A stretch of DNA of 64,000 bases from Mobula hypostoma (Eukaryota). Position numbers and translations under genes: made by a program. The stretch spans positions 115,694,001 through 115,758,000 of the forward strand of contig NC_086097.1 in NCBI RefSeq assembly GCF_963921235.1, given 5' to 3'. Shown here piece after piece: positions 36,845 through 50,543 of the stretch (its first letter is position 1; every line of letters starts with the position of its first letter). The notes below the pieces were generated by a model. The model saw nothing but the letters and a program-made list of their open reading frames with translations. It was not told where the DNA came from and ran no database searches.

Positions 36845-37690
36845 GATTGATTAATTTCATTTATCACATCGAAACATACTGTGAAATGCGTCATTGATGT
36901 AAAGTCAATTCTGTGAGGGTATGCTGGTAGCAGCCTGCAAGTGTTGCTATGCTTCAAGTGCTAATGTAGCATGCCCACAACTCACTGACCATAACCCTAA
37001 CCACATATCTTTGGTATGTGTGAGGAAGCCAGAGCACCTGATTACAGGGAGAACGTACAAACTCCTTACAGGCAACAACGGGAATTGGAGTCATAAACTC
37101 ATCGAGAACTACATCTTAGAGCAAGGCCCTTTGGCCTATCTAGTCAATGCTGAAATATTATTCTGCCTAGTCCCATCAACCTGCACCTGGACCATAGTCC
37201 TCCATATCATTGCTATCCATGTACATATCTAGACTTCTCTTAAATGTTGAAATCTAACCCTTCACTGGCCACTTCCAATGGCAGCTCATTCCACACTCTC
37301 ACCAACATCTAAATGAAGAAGTTTCCCTCACCTTCCCCTTAAACATTTCACCTTTTACTCTTAACCCATGATCTCTAGCTCTAATCTCACCCAACCTCAG
37401 TGGGAAAAAGCCTGCTTGCGTTTATTCTATCTATGCCCCTCATGATTTTTGTACACCTCTTTCAAATCTCCCCTCATTCTCCTCCCCTCCAGGGAACAAA
37501 GTCCGAACCTGTTCAGCCTTTCACCATAACTCAGTTCCCCAGGTCCTGGCAACATCTTTGTAAATTTTCTCCACACTTTTTCTATCTTATCATTGTCTTG
37601 CCTGTAGGTAGGCGACCAGAACTGCACACAATACAGAACATTATGTCTCACTGCTGTCTTATACAATTTCAACATAACACCCCATTGAAC
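36845..37690 (-). mobile_element. V-SINE-like fragment (36845-37090) followed by a CR1 3' fragment (37095-37690)
   Basis: ORF 37427..37753(-) LYK...YCVQFWSP...RRMRGDL; SINE core tggtatgtgtgaggaagccagagcacc. Confidence 0.75.
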
Positions 37691-40410
37691 CCTGATTAGT
37701 GATTGCCATTGCAGTAATAGTGTTACTCTAGCCGGTCCATCACAAGTCAGCATTTAGAAGTGCTGATATATCAGGTAAATGGATCTGATGGTAGTAATGA
37801 GAAGAGGGCATATCCTGAGTGGTGGGGGTCCTTAATGATGGATCCTGTCTTTTTTAGGCATTGCATTTTAAAGATGTCCTCGATGCTGGGGAGGCTACTG
37901 CCCATGATGCATTAACAGTTACCAAAGAATTTACCTTAAGTTTCTTACAAAATTAGAGTACAATTTCTTTTTAAAATGAGCAGAAGACTGATATATCAGA
38001 AAAGAATATTGGTCTTTGTTAGAGAAGGCAGCAGAAGATAAGCTGGTGAAAGTCAGCGTATTCATGTTCACAACTCACCAGCAGGCAATGAATTTTGAAT
38101 ACTCACTTGTCTTTTGATATTTTTAGCCAGAGTCTATTTCTTTCTTTCTGCACAATTAATCCACTGACAATTATCCTTGACGTGTTAAGTTTCATATATT
38201 GATTCCTGCGCACATGATGTTTAAGTATTTAATAAACTGCTAGTCAGTGCAATTGTTTCAGTGTCTGCCACTGTCATATCTCAACTGACAGCCATGTAAC
38301 AAAAAGGAAAGGAATAAATTCAAATTTATCATTAATTTGCAATCAGTTACAAAACCAATTGACCCTGTAATACCATGAAATAGAGCATAAAGAGACAAGT
38401 AATAAATCATGCCGCAGACTAATTAACAAATTCAAGGATACGTCATGCAAATTACAGGTAAGACCCCAACATTGTAAGAGATGATTGTGATCATAGCCAA
38501 GATAAATTCAGTAATAAAAAAATTGGAACAAAGTATCAATAAATCAAGTTCAAGTTCATTGTCTTTCTACCGTATACATGTATACCACCAAATGAAAACA
38601 ATTTTCCACTGGACCAAGGTGCACAACATAGTACGTATAACTCACACACAACGCATAAGGTAATATTACCACAAGTAAATCAACAAGTAATGAAATATAT
38701 TCCAGAAGATTGACGTTTAGCATAAGGTGCCTCTTTGACAAAAGTCAAAAAGCTAACAGTATAGAACTAATGTTACTTCATACAAGATGAGACCTGGATG
38801 TTGGCAGGCAGTAGCCTCGTGGTCTAATACTAATACTATGGTAGCTCCTGCCGGATGATCAGGGGTCAAAGGGACTGTGGGACAGATGGGAAGGATCCTT
38901 AACAATATTAAGGGCCCTGTGTACACTGTGCTCCTGATAAGCCAATCAAATAACAACAGTTGTCAATTATAAAACAACTCTACTGGATCAAAATACAAGC
39001 AGCTGACTGCTGCAAAATAAAGTTTGATGTCAAGACATTCAAGGAGATGTTAGGACAGGTGGACAGAATACTAATGAAAGAAATAAGTTTGATATGAGTC
39101 TCAAGAGAGGAAAAAAAAGTCAAAATATATTTCTCCCCTCATTCTTGCAATATATCGTATCCTTTTTGAGAACATCCTTGACTGATTTCTGCTGTCCACC
39201 TGCCATGAAAGAACACAGAATAAGGTGCCTGCTTTGGGAGAGTAGTGGCTGCTTGCTCATCAGTCAACCAAATATAATTGGATGCTCAAAGTTTGAGATA
39301 TTGGGCTGAGAGAATAGGTTGATGTTGATTTGCTTATGCTACTTTGGGATTTGGAGGACGAAGTGGAGATATGGTTGTTTTTACTTCTGCAGTGTGCTAA
39401 TTTTGTTATTTTTTTAAAGAGCAAGGTAGTTTACCAATCAATAATTATGGCTAATTCTGCTGTTAAAAGTGTGCTTGCACCTCATGCAAATGTTGTGTAA
39501 GTTGTGCTGCAGATGTTCTTGGTAAGTATCTGCAGAGTTGTTCCAAGGGTTTCCTTTAATTGAGAGGTTGCAATACATAGTCTTTGAAGGTTAATATTTA
39601 TCTTGTGGATTGTGAATAAAATTACAAACACTTTACTCTGGCCAAAGAGACTGAAGGGTAACCTTTCGTTTCAACAGAAGAATTAAACCTTATAAAAATA
39701 ATGGTGGTACTATATTCCATATGAAAATGATACAATTTTTTGGGTTATTATACGAGAGGAAGAGAAAATCATTTTGAAAAGCAAACACTCAGGAAAGGCT
39801 TTGGATCTTTAAAATAAAGAAGTTGACACCTGAATTCAAATAGTAGACTGAGTACTGTCATATCAATAAATTCATGGCTGAAGATTGGTGTTTATTGTCC
39901 ACCTCAAATTGCTTTTGAAGTGATGAAGTGCATGTGGTGAACTGCAGAATATTGACCCAGGGACAATGAGAGAAATGCTGATATATATTTCAATGTTTGA
40001 TAATGTAAAGAATCTTGCAGGTGGTTGTATGCCATATACTGCGCCTGCTGCCCATGCGCATTCTAATTTGCATGGAAAGTGGATTCGATTGAAGAGGCCC
40101 TAATGTGTTGCAGTACTTATATATCAGTGGTGGAGCTGCTGAGACCTCAGGATAGTAGGAAGCATGCCAGTCGAGTAGACTGCCTTGTGCATAAGACTGT
40201 CCAAATCTCTTGAAAAGTGTGAGAGTTCACTCATCAAGACATCTCAATGAATTTATCAACTAACAGCAAAAGTGCTTTGCAGACTGCAGAATGAACTAAA
40301 AAAATTAGGAGGTGTATCAGTATCTAACTTTAGATCTTCTATAGTATCATTAGGATATACCTGGCTAACCCTGTTAAGTTTCAGGTCAGTGTTGAAACCA
40401 AGATACCAAG

Positions 40411-40532
40411 TGAGTTGGTATAACAATGATGAAATATAATGAATTGGTATAACAATGATGAAACATAATGAATTGGTAAAACAATAATGAAACATAATGA
40501 GTTGGTATAACAATGATGAAACATAATGAATT
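40411..40532. repeat. Minisatellite, 4.2 x 29 bp
   Basis: Unit tga(g/a)ttggtataacaatgatgaaacataa starting at 40411, 40440, 40469 and 40498. Confidence 0.95.
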
Positions 40533-40574
40533 AGGGAGGAGCTAAGGTGGTGTCTGAGGGCAACTTCTTCGATT

Positions 40575-41280
40575 TCTTCTGCAAAACAACTTAAATTCCA
40601 CTCTTTAATGTCTCTTTTCATCCCTTGCAAAGTGGCTGGGGTCTTTTCGGAGTCCACGATCGACAGCTGTACTCAAACTGAGGTTCTTCACAGCGGTGTG
40701 TTCCCGGTCCTGGGGCTTGCTGACTGCCCAGTTTTGACATCTCTGGCAGTGGACTGAAGACGTGAAACTTCAGGGCCCAATTTCCCACCAGTGTCACCAA
40801 CTGAAGCAGTGCAGGTGACTGGAACGTCGAGACGGCGGGTGCGGCTGTCGGAGGCCTTTGCACTCAGGCGGGCGACCGCTCTTTTCCTCCCTCTCGCTCA
40901 GAGGTGAAGTAGAGTTTGCTGCTGATTCTTGAGTCAGAGAAAGTCAAAATGAAGCGATGCTGCAGAATCGAAACAGCGACTGTAATATCAAAAATTTGTC
41001 TCCCCTCTCACTGTGGAAGGGCTGACACCTCTCTCTCCTTTGTTGGTGAGAGAGAGAGCCTACGGCATGTTGAGGTAACACACATCAAAGTTGCTGGTGA
41101 ACGCAGCAGGCCAAGCAGTTTGCTGCGGCTTGTGCATGGGAGGGGGAGGAAGGCTTTGGGGTTACAGGTTTTTCTGTCATTCATTTGTTGGGTTTTTCTG
41201 TTTTGTGGATGTCTGGAAAGAGTAAGAATTTTAGGTTGTACACTGTATACATTCTCCGATATCAAATGAAACCATTAAAG
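40575..41280 (+). mobile_element. Non-autonomous LINE-like element related to 15378-17617, containing a 42-bp PLE fragment
   Basis: gacacctctctctcc...gagagagcct and the 3' tail match the reverse complement of 15378-15742. Confidence 0.5.
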
Positions 41281-41969
41281 TCAATAGTGTTGCTGAAAAA
41301 AACTGGAATTTGCACTTCAATGAACAGGAGTAACACAGGACAGTGGAAGCAGAGAAAGCAAATGTGTTTGCTTTTGCTGTGTGGCTGAAGGAATGGAGGC
41401 TGTCAGTTTTGCGAGAATATTCTTGCAGCCACCATTTTGTGAACTGGTTCTTGCTCAGGGATGGCTCAATCAGAGCAACTGAAAATGGCCACAATGACTT
41501 TCCAGCTGATGGCCTGCTAAACCTGAGACTGTTCCCAGATAAGGATCTTATTGGGTTGTGCAAAAATGGCAGGCTTGTAGAAAGAACAGCCTGTAATCTG
41601 AAGTAGCCTGAGCCCAGTGTTTGGCTGAACTGGTGTCAGTTGGCAAGAACACAAGAAGTCACCTGAGGCACAAGTCTGGGTGAAAGAGCCATACTGCAAC
41701 ATTACTTGCAGCCTTGGGCCAGATCCAATGCGAAGCTGACTCACGTCACTCAGATGAGTTTGAACACACAAAATGGAAATATAATAGATTGATCTGATAG
41801 GGAAATGAATGAGAATGGAGGATTTTGGGAGTACAGACAGCGACAACTTTGTGCAGACTAGCCAACACAGAAGTGATGATCTTTACATCAGAAACATGGA
41901 AATTACATCAAGAGGAATGCCTGGCCAGTAAATTTGCATGTCCCTGCTGACTCTTACTAATTAACATTA

Positions 41970-42480
41970 AAACACTATAGAAAGCATTCTGTCTGGGTGC
42001 ATAACAGTTTGGTATAGCAACCGCTCTGCGCGTGACTACAAGAAACTGCAGAGCATCCTGGACACAGTTAGCACATCACAGGAGAAAGCCTCCCCTCAGT
42101 AGACTCTGCCCATATTTCTCACTGCGTCAGTCAGCACATTCAAAGACTCCACCCATGGTGGACTTTCTCTCTTCTCCTCTCTCCTATCTGGGAGAAGATA
42201 CAAAACCCTGAAAACATATAACATTAGGCTCAAGGGCAGCTTCTAACCCACTGTTATCATGCACTTGATTGGACCTCCTGGACTCCTAGCCTTACAATCG
42301 ACTTCTTTTTGATCTTGCACTTAATCGTTTATCTGCACTGCACTCTTTCACTAGCAGCTTCACTTCATTATGCATTGTTCTTGTTTTACCTAACGCACTG
42401 TGTGATGATTTGATCTGTAGAAACAATATGCAAGACAAACCTCTCACTGTATCATGATATATGTGACAACAGTAAGTCAA
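41970..42480 (+). mobile_element. Rex1/Babar 3' fragment
   Basis: Degenerate ESILSGCITVWY...KKLQ and LLSGRRY motifs. Confidence 0.75.
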
Positions 42481-42774
42481 GAACTAATACCAATAGTAAT
42501 ACATTAAAGATGCCATTGTAGGTGGACTGACATCTTGGACTTGGCCACTTATCGCTTGCACTCATTTGGAAGATGATTCTGATTGGGAGTAGGGAAACGT
42601 AGCTGGTCTATGAGCAGGTTGGTTGGCTCAAAGTGTTTCCATTATCTATGTTTCCCTCACCTCACAGCTTGGTGCACAAAGACTAAGTCGAGGCCCATTG
42701 GGTTCATCTGTCCCTGCAGTGTATAGGCAGCAATCTGTGTTTATATGATACAAAGGATCTCTCCTTTGTACCTT

Positions 42775-42975
42775 ATAAACACAAGAGATTCTGCAGATTC
42801 TGGAAATCCAGAGTAACATACACAAACTCATTGGGTCAGGCAGCATCTATGGAGAGGAATAAACAGTAGACATTTCAGGCTGATGAAGGGTCTCATCCCA
42901 AAGCATCAACTGTTTATTCCTCTCCATAGATGCTGCCTGACTTGCTGAGTTCCTCCAGAATTTTGTGTGTGTTTC
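42775..42975. mobile_element. Miniature inverted PLE remnant
   Basis: Perfect 33-bp arms 42835-42867 and 42909-42941 around fused hammerhead halves (catttcaggCTGATGAagggtctc). Confidence 0.8.
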
Positions 42976-43252
42976 TCCTTTGTAGTTTATTCATTCTGCA
43001 TGTGCAGATCTGGCAGCCATGTTGTTTTTCAAGCACACCACAACCAGCTGAAAGTTCTGGCAGGTCAAAACTACAGAGTATCCTTAGGTTATCCTTGGCA
43101 TCTGAGCTCACCTACAGCACAACACTGCCCCTTTCAATGAGACATCTGGTGCCAAATGACATTTTGTTTTATATGAGTTTGACGCTGGGAAGAATACTGA
43201 GAGATTGCAAAACCCAAACACCTGTTGCAGAGTTGTACTGTCCTAAATTCTA

Positions 43253-43776
43253 CACTCAGTGGCCACTTATTAGGTACACCAGTACACCATTCGTTAATGC
43301 AGATATCTAATCAGCCAATCATGTGGCAGCAACTCAATGCATAAACGCACCAGCTGTTTCTCAGACCGTACATCAGAAATGTGATTGAATTGAATTTCAC
43401 CATGGAATGATGCTTGCTGCCAGACGGGGCAGTTTGAGTAACTCAGAAACTGCAGTTCTGGGATTTTCATGCACACCAGTTTCTAGGGTATGGTGCATGA
43501 AGCAAAAAATATCCAGTAAGTGGCAGTTCTACGGGCAAAAACGCCTTTTTAATAACAGAAGTCGGAGGATAATGGTCAGACTGGTTCAAGTCGACAGGAA
43601 GGCAACAGTAATACAAATAGCCACGTTTTATCACAGTGGTGTGTGTAGAGCATCTCTGAATGCACAACATGCAAAACCTTGAAGTGGTTGGGCTACAGCA
43701 GCTGAAGAGTACAAACATACACCCGATGACCACTTTATTATGTACAGGAGGTATCTAATAAAGTGGCCAGTGAGTG
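43253..43776 (+). mobile_element. Non-autonomous Tc1/mariner element
   Basis: TA then TIR cactcagtggccacttattaggtac; right TIR gtatctaataaagtggccagtgagtg; decayed transposase N-terminal region. Confidence 0.85.
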
Positions 43777-44096
43777 CATGCTCTTATGTAATCAATAGCA
43801 ATATAGGAGAGAATGACATCATACTAAAAAGGTATGTCAGAGAGAATTATAAAAAAAATTATAGCGAACAGAGGAGAACACACAAGCTCAGAGCTTGAGT
43901 GATAATTAATTGAATTTAAATGACCTAAGCACAAGCAAATTCAGAGCTACTATTAAATCTATCTGCTTTGTACATACCTTATAATTCAAGCTATCCAGAT
44001 AATATTCCCCGAATATGGCCGCTGAAGACAGGTAGATTGCAGCCTTTCTGTGTTTTTGTCTGCACCATCCGCATACCGCAGTACCCTTGCTATAGT

Positions 44097-44416
44097 TTTT
44101 TTTTATATAGGCATTGTTAGTCTCATGAGACCATGGATTTGTGCCTCAGAAGGTTTCCAGGGCGCATGCCTGGGCAAGGCTGTATGGAAGACCAGCAGTT
44201 GCCTGTGCTGCATGTCTCCCCTCTCCAAGCCACCGATGTTGTCCAAGGGAAGGGCATTAGGACCCATACAGCTTGGCACCGGTGTTGTCGCAGAACAATG
44301 TGTGGTTAAGTGCCTTGCTCAAGGACACACACACTGCATCAGCCAAACTCGGACTAGCGACCTTCAAATCACTAGACGAATGCCTTAACCACTTGGCCAC
44401 GCACCAACACTTATAG
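44097..44416 (-). mobile_element. tRNA-derived SINE with 12-bp TSD
   Basis: TSD ccttgctatagt at 44085-44096 and 44417-44428; same family as 23079-23392. Confidence 0.85.
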
Positions 44417-44454
44417 CCTTGCTATAGTACTGTAGCCAAAACTATATAATATTT

Positions 44455-44585
44455 GAAGCAACACAAAGAAGATACTGGAGGGACTCAGCAAGTCAGGCAG
44501 CATCTATAGAAATGAATAGATAGTCGATGTTTTGGGCCAAGATCCTTCTTTAGGACTGAGAAGGAAGGGGGAAGATGCCAGAATA
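44455..44585 (-). mobile_element. PLE terminal fragment with decayed hammerhead
   Basis: gcaacac...caggcagcatctatag...agtcgatgttttgggccaagatccttctttaggactg. Confidence 0.65.
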
Positions 44586-45084
44586 TAATATTTGGTTTGG
44601 TTTCCTTCTCATTTCTGAACACTGCCAACCTGGTTTCAGTGAGATGTCTAATAACTTAGCCCTATATCATGTTTTATTACAATAGTGATAAATTCCAGCT
44701 GTTAATTTCACTTTATTAATCTCTATTAATCTCATTTTCTTCCACTTATCCACAATAAATTCTTTTTATATGCCTTTAGCCTTATTTGCAGAGTCTCATG
44801 CCTATGGTTAATCTGCTTGCAATATTAGATTCCTTCTCTCAAGGGTCTCCTATTGGAAAATCTCCTTTTTAGAGCAATATAAACAGCAACAGCTTCAGCA
44901 CAGGTCCCCTCACACACCGCTGGTATCTCTTTCCAAAGCAATTTTGTCCCAATCACCATCAACCTTTAATTTCTTTCATTCTGTTTTCCTGCTCTTGGAA
45001 GTAATTGCTTGCATGATGCCTTTTGATATCATCATCATGCCTCATACGTGCCCCTAAATCTTTGAAATATTTCGTTCATTCCAT

Positions 45085-45447
45085 TGTTATCATCAATATG
45101 TGCCGTGTCATATAACGTGGATGATCATGGTGATTGTTCTCGGCCAATTTTTCTACAGAAGTGGTTTGCCATTGCCTTCTTCCATCTTTACAAGATGGCT
45201 GAATCCAACCATTATCAATACTCTTTAGAGGTTGCCTGCCTGGTGTCAGAGGTCACATAACCAGGACTTGTGATGTGCAGCAGCTACTCACAGGACCATC
45301 CACTACCTGCTCCTATGGCTTCACGTGACCCTGATCGAAGGGCTAAGCAGGTGCTACACTTTGCTCAAAGATGACCTGTAGGTCTAGTGGAGGGAAGGAG
45401 TGCCTTACATCTCATTTAGTAGAGATGTATCTCCACCCTGCCACCCA
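45085..45447 (-). mobile_element. Non-autonomous repeat, paralogue of 12145-12488
   Basis: Shared sequence ending gtagagatgtatctccaccctgccaccca. Confidence 0.55.
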
Positions 45448-47595
45448 CTCCGGGTTTTAATACTTTAAAGAAAGTGAAAAAATATGCTGTGAATTTTGTT
45501 CTTCATTTCCTTGTCTGAATCTGCCTGGGCCTTTGGTGTTGTTTTAATTTCCTCAGTAGCAGTAGCGCAATCACTTGAATCGAGTATGAAGTTCTCCTAA
45601 GGATTTCCTTAATGGAGAACACCTGTGCATGACTTTGTTTAATATGGGGAGGCTGATGCATGGGCAGACACCACACGGTCCCTGACAGAAAAGGATCTCC
45701 AGTGGCACGTCATGCAAGATCATGCTGCAGCTTTCCTTCACCTTTGCTGCCAACGTGATGTGTCACCATCTTCCACCATCTCCACAGCTGAGATCTTTGC
45801 TGGATTGTGCTTTGCCTAGAACCTCCCTCTTGACCTTACCACCATGGGTGATCCTACCAGGGCCTAAGCTTCAGATGGCATCGTTCTTGGGATCTCAGGA
45901 ACTCACAAGCTTTTTCACCACATGGTGGTCTGCAGAAAGGAATCGTCAGTGGTCAGTTTTTGCTTTATCTGAACTTATTTCTTTTAGACATATTCCAGAA
46001 ATCCCAACTCTGGACTATATTCTTTGTATACATGAACATGGAAAGAAGAATTAATTTGATTTTGTTTCATATGCCCTGTCTTATTTCTTAGTTACTTATG
46101 GATCGTTTGAGCATACCATTTTATTACTTTCCTTCTGTTGTTAACTATATAAATGTATAAATTAATAACAGGTATATATTGAGGATTGTATTCTTAAAGA
46201 ATGTATCATTAAGCAAGATTTTATATATCAGCTATTGGCTAGATAAAATTAATTATTGGTATTTTGGTAATGGATCTTCCTATACATAGAGAATGTATAT
46301 TGTTCATTATAGTAAAATATAGATGCACAAATCAAAGTCAAGTGCCCCACAGAGGTAATGCAGATTTAGCAAAACTTCACAAATCAGATCTTGGCAAAAT
46401 GAGGAATACCTTCATGCTGAGATGTACTTTTATACTCTCTCCCTTCTTAGCCTGGTTATTAATTTCATTTCTTACTATAGATTAATCAATTTGCTTTTTC
46501 AATTTGCAATTTGTAATTCTTACTATAGATTAATCAATTTACTTTTTGCTTTTTTGTCATTATCCATTGTTCTAACCAAAGGAGAAATACAGTTTTTAAT
46601 GCCTTGAGCATTATTTTCCGTGTACTGAAGCTATTGGTAAGAAAATTAATAGGGTTATAGCACCATGGAAATGAGAGAAATGTGGAGTGAAATATCATTT
46701 CCATTATCTCTTTCCCTTCTTATTCTTTTTATCTTATGATGTATACCTATTCCAAATACCATGCCCAGTAGAAATCATCCTTAATTTTATATTGTCCTCA
46801 ATAAGATTTCCATCTTCCTTTCCTTGGTTTCCTCTACAAAACACATCAAGGAAGCTGCAAGTACAAATCAGAACATGAGCTGCAGCAAATAAGCTACAGA
46901 ACGATACAAAGCAAGACTTCTGGCTGCCAGCAAGGCATTGCACCACAGTAGGAGCACAGTAGACATGCTCAACACAAGGGATTCTGCAAATGCTTGTGGA
47001 GACATTGAGTCATAAAACATCAGCCTATCTAGTCTGTGCTGAAAAATTAACTTTCCTAATCGCACTGATCTGCACCCGGAGCACAGCCCTCCGTCTCCCT
47101 CTCATCCATATACCTATCCAAATTGCTCTTAAAGGTTGAAATTGAATCTGCAGCCACCACATACGGTGGCAGCTCACTTCACGTTCGCACGACCCTCGAG
47201 GGAAGAAGTTTCCCCTCATGTTCCACTTAAACATTTAACCTTTCACCCTTAACCCATGACTTCAAGTTGTAGTTTCACCGAATCTCAGTTAAGAAACCTA
47301 CTTGCATTTATCCTGTCTATACCCCTCATAATTTTGTATACCTCTATCAAATCTCCCCTCAATCTTCTATGTTATATGGATTAAAGTCCTAAACTACTTA
47401 ACCTTTCCCTGTTACTCAGGTTCTCAAGTCCTGGCAATGTTCTTGTAGATTTTCTCTGCATTCTTTCAATCTTGCTGCATATTTTTGCTCTAGGTAGGTG
47501 ACCAAAGCTGCATACAGTACTCCAAGTAAGACCTCACCAACGTCTTATACTTAAACATAACATCCTAACTCCAGTACTCAGTATATTGATTTATT

Positions 47596-48755
47596 AGATT
47601 AGATTAGATAAGATTCAACTTTATTGTCATTGTGTTGAGTACAGTTACAAAGCCAATGAAATGCAATTAGCATCTGACCAGAAGTGCAAAAGAATAGTAT
47701 TATTTACAAAATTACTGCGAATGAAGAGTAAGTGCTACAGCATACAAATATAAAAGTACTGAGACAGTACAATATGGGTGCAATACTGCTTAGCGCTGTG
47801 ATATGAAGTTCAGCAGGGTCACAGCCTCAGGGAAGAAGCTCTTCCTGAGCCTGCTGGTGTGGGAACAGAGGCTCCTGTATCGCCTACCGGATGGGAGGAG
47901 AGTAAAAAGTCCATGGTCAGGGTGAGATGCATCCTTGATAATGCTTATCGCCCTGCCCAGGCAGCGTTTATGGTCCATGTTCTCAATCGACAACTGGGTG
48001 CCGATAATCCACTGGGCAGTTTTCACCACCCGCTGGAGTGTTTTGCGGTCCGATATGGGACAAGTGCCATACCACACTGAGATGCAGTTGGTGAGTATGC
48101 TCTCACTGGTACAACGGTAAAAGTCCATCAGTATCCTGGGACAGAGGTGAGCTTTCTTCATGCTCCACAGGAAATAAAGGCACTGTTGCGCCTTTTTGAC
48201 CAGGATGGAGGAGTTCAGGGACCAGGTGAGATCCTCGGAAATGTGGACACCAAGGAATTTGAAGCTTGATACAAGCTCCACTACAGCTCCGTTGATGTAG
48301 ATGGGGACATGAGTGTGGCTCCTAGCATGCTTGAAGTCCACAATAATCTCCTTGGTCTTCTGGGTGTTAAGAGCCAGGTTGTTATTGGCACAGTATGCGG
48401 CCAGGGTCTGGACCGTGCCCCTGTAGGCTGTCTCGTCATCCCCTCTGATCAGGCCAAGCACCATGGTGTCATCTGCGAACTTGATTATGGAGTTAGAACC
48501 GTGTTCAGGAACGCAGTCATAGGTGAAAAAGGAGTACAGAAGAGGGCTCAGCACACAGCCTTGAGGTACGCGCGTGTACGTGGAGGAGAAGAAGTTGTCT
48601 AACTTAACAGATTGGAGTCTGTTAGTCAGAAGGTCCAAGGTCCAATTGCTGAGGGATGAGTTAATACCAAACAGGTGAAGTTTGGCGATCAGCTTGGAGG
48701 GGATCATGGTGTTGTATGACGAACTAAAGTCAATGAACAGCATTCTAACATAAGA
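47596..48755 (-). mobile_element. Rex1/Babar LINE, 5'-truncated, inserted in the old CR1
   Basis: Uninterrupted 317-aa ORF 47790..48743 ([42 protein letters not shown]); (TAATC)n tail. Confidence 0.92.
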
Positions 48756-49857
48756 GTTATGAAGGCCAACGTGCTAAAAGTGTTTTTTCACAAACCTATT
48801 TACCTGTGATGCAAGGAATTATGGGTCTATATTCCCAGATCCCTTTGTTCTTCCACAGTCCTCAGAGCCCTACCACTCACCATGAAACGTTCCCTGGTTG
48901 GTCCTACTGAAGTACAACACTGCATACCTGCTGCATTAAATTCCATCTGCCATTTTTCAGCCCATCTCACCAGCTAGTCCACATCCCGCTGCAATCTTTG
49001 ATAGTCATCTTCACCATCCATTATACCCCTAATCGTGGTATCATTCGCAAATTCACTGATCCAGTTTATCAAATTATCATCCAGATCATTGATACAGATG
49101 ACAAGCAACAATGGACACAGCACTGATCTCTGTGGCACACCACAGGCTTCCAGTCAGAGATGCAACCATCTACAACCACTCTCTGGCTTCTTCTGTACAG
49201 TCAATGTCTAATCTAATATACCATGTGCTCTTGAATACCAAGTGATTGAAACTTCTTGACTCAACCTCCCAAGCAAGACCAATGTCAAATGCCTTGATGA
49301 AGTCCATATAGACAACATTCACTGCCTTGCCTTCATCAACTTTCCTAGTAACTTCTTCAAAACGCTCTATAGGATTGGATTCACATAATTTACCGTGCAC
49401 AAGGCCATATTGACTATTCCTAATCAGTCTCTGTCCATCCAAATACTTATATATCCAGTCCCTTAGAATATCTTCCAATAATTTTCCCACTATTGATGTC
49501 ATGCTCACTGGCCTTTAACTTCCTGGCATATCCAAAGAGCCTTTCTTAAACAACAGAGAAACATAAGCTATCCTTCAATCCTCTGACACCTCAACTGTGG
49601 CTAATGATGATCTAAGTATCTCTGATAGGGCCCTTGTAATTTCTGCACTAGCCTTCCAAATGGTCAGAAGGAATGCATTGTCAGGCCCTGGGGATTTATC
49701 CACCCTAATTAGCCTCAAGACTGCAAAGCCCTCCTTATCTGTAATCTGTATATTGTCCATAACCTCTCTACTAGATCCCTGTGTCCATCTCCTGAGTATA
49801 TACAGATACATAAAATCTATTTAAGATCTTTCTCATCTCTTTCAGCTCCACTCATAA

Positions 49858-50543
49858 ATTAGATTTAGATTTAGATTATGAGGACATGCAGTCCTCTTTT
49901 ATTGTCATTTAGCAATGCATGCATTAAGAAATGATACAATGTTCCTCCAGTGTGATATCACAGAAACACAAGACAAACCAACACTGAAAAACTGACAAAA
50001 ACCACATAACTATAACATATAGTTACAACAGTGCAAGCAATACCGTAATTTGATAGAAGAACAGACCATGGGTATGGTTAAAAAAAAGTCTCAAAGTCTC
50101 TTGAAAGTCCTAACATCTCACGCAGACGGTAGAAGGAAGAAAACTCCTTGAGCTCCTAGCGCCGCAAACTTGCCGATGCAGCATTCTGGAAGCACCCGAT
50201 CACAGTCCAACTCTCAGTCCGTCTGAAAGCTTCGAGCCTCCGATCAGCCCTCTGACACCGAGTACCAAGCACCACTTCTACCGAGTGCTTCAACCCCAGC
50301 CCTGGCCGCCAGCACCAGGCAAAGCCGAGGATTTGGGGCCTTCCCCTCTGGAGATTCTCGATCGCACAGTAGCAACGGCAGTGAACTGGTCATTTCAGAA
50401 ATTTCTCCAGATGTTCCTCTGTGCTTTTCACGTCCGTCTCCAGCATATCAGGATTGTGCACGACCTCTATTTAACAAATACAATATCATTTCACTGCAGA
50501 GGCCACTCGCGCGCTGCGTCACGCCACCATCTTCTACTCCCTC
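49858..50543 (-). mobile_element. ~680-bp non-autonomous retroelement, copy 1, inserted in the old CR1
   Basis: Highly similar to 53145-53822 and 55838-56498; (TAATC)n-type tail. Confidence 0.8.

Noticed and set aside
40411..40532. 29-bp repeats of CRISPR-like length
   Set aside because: Units are contiguous with no spacers, there are no cas genes, and the context is eukaryotic; this is a minisatellite.
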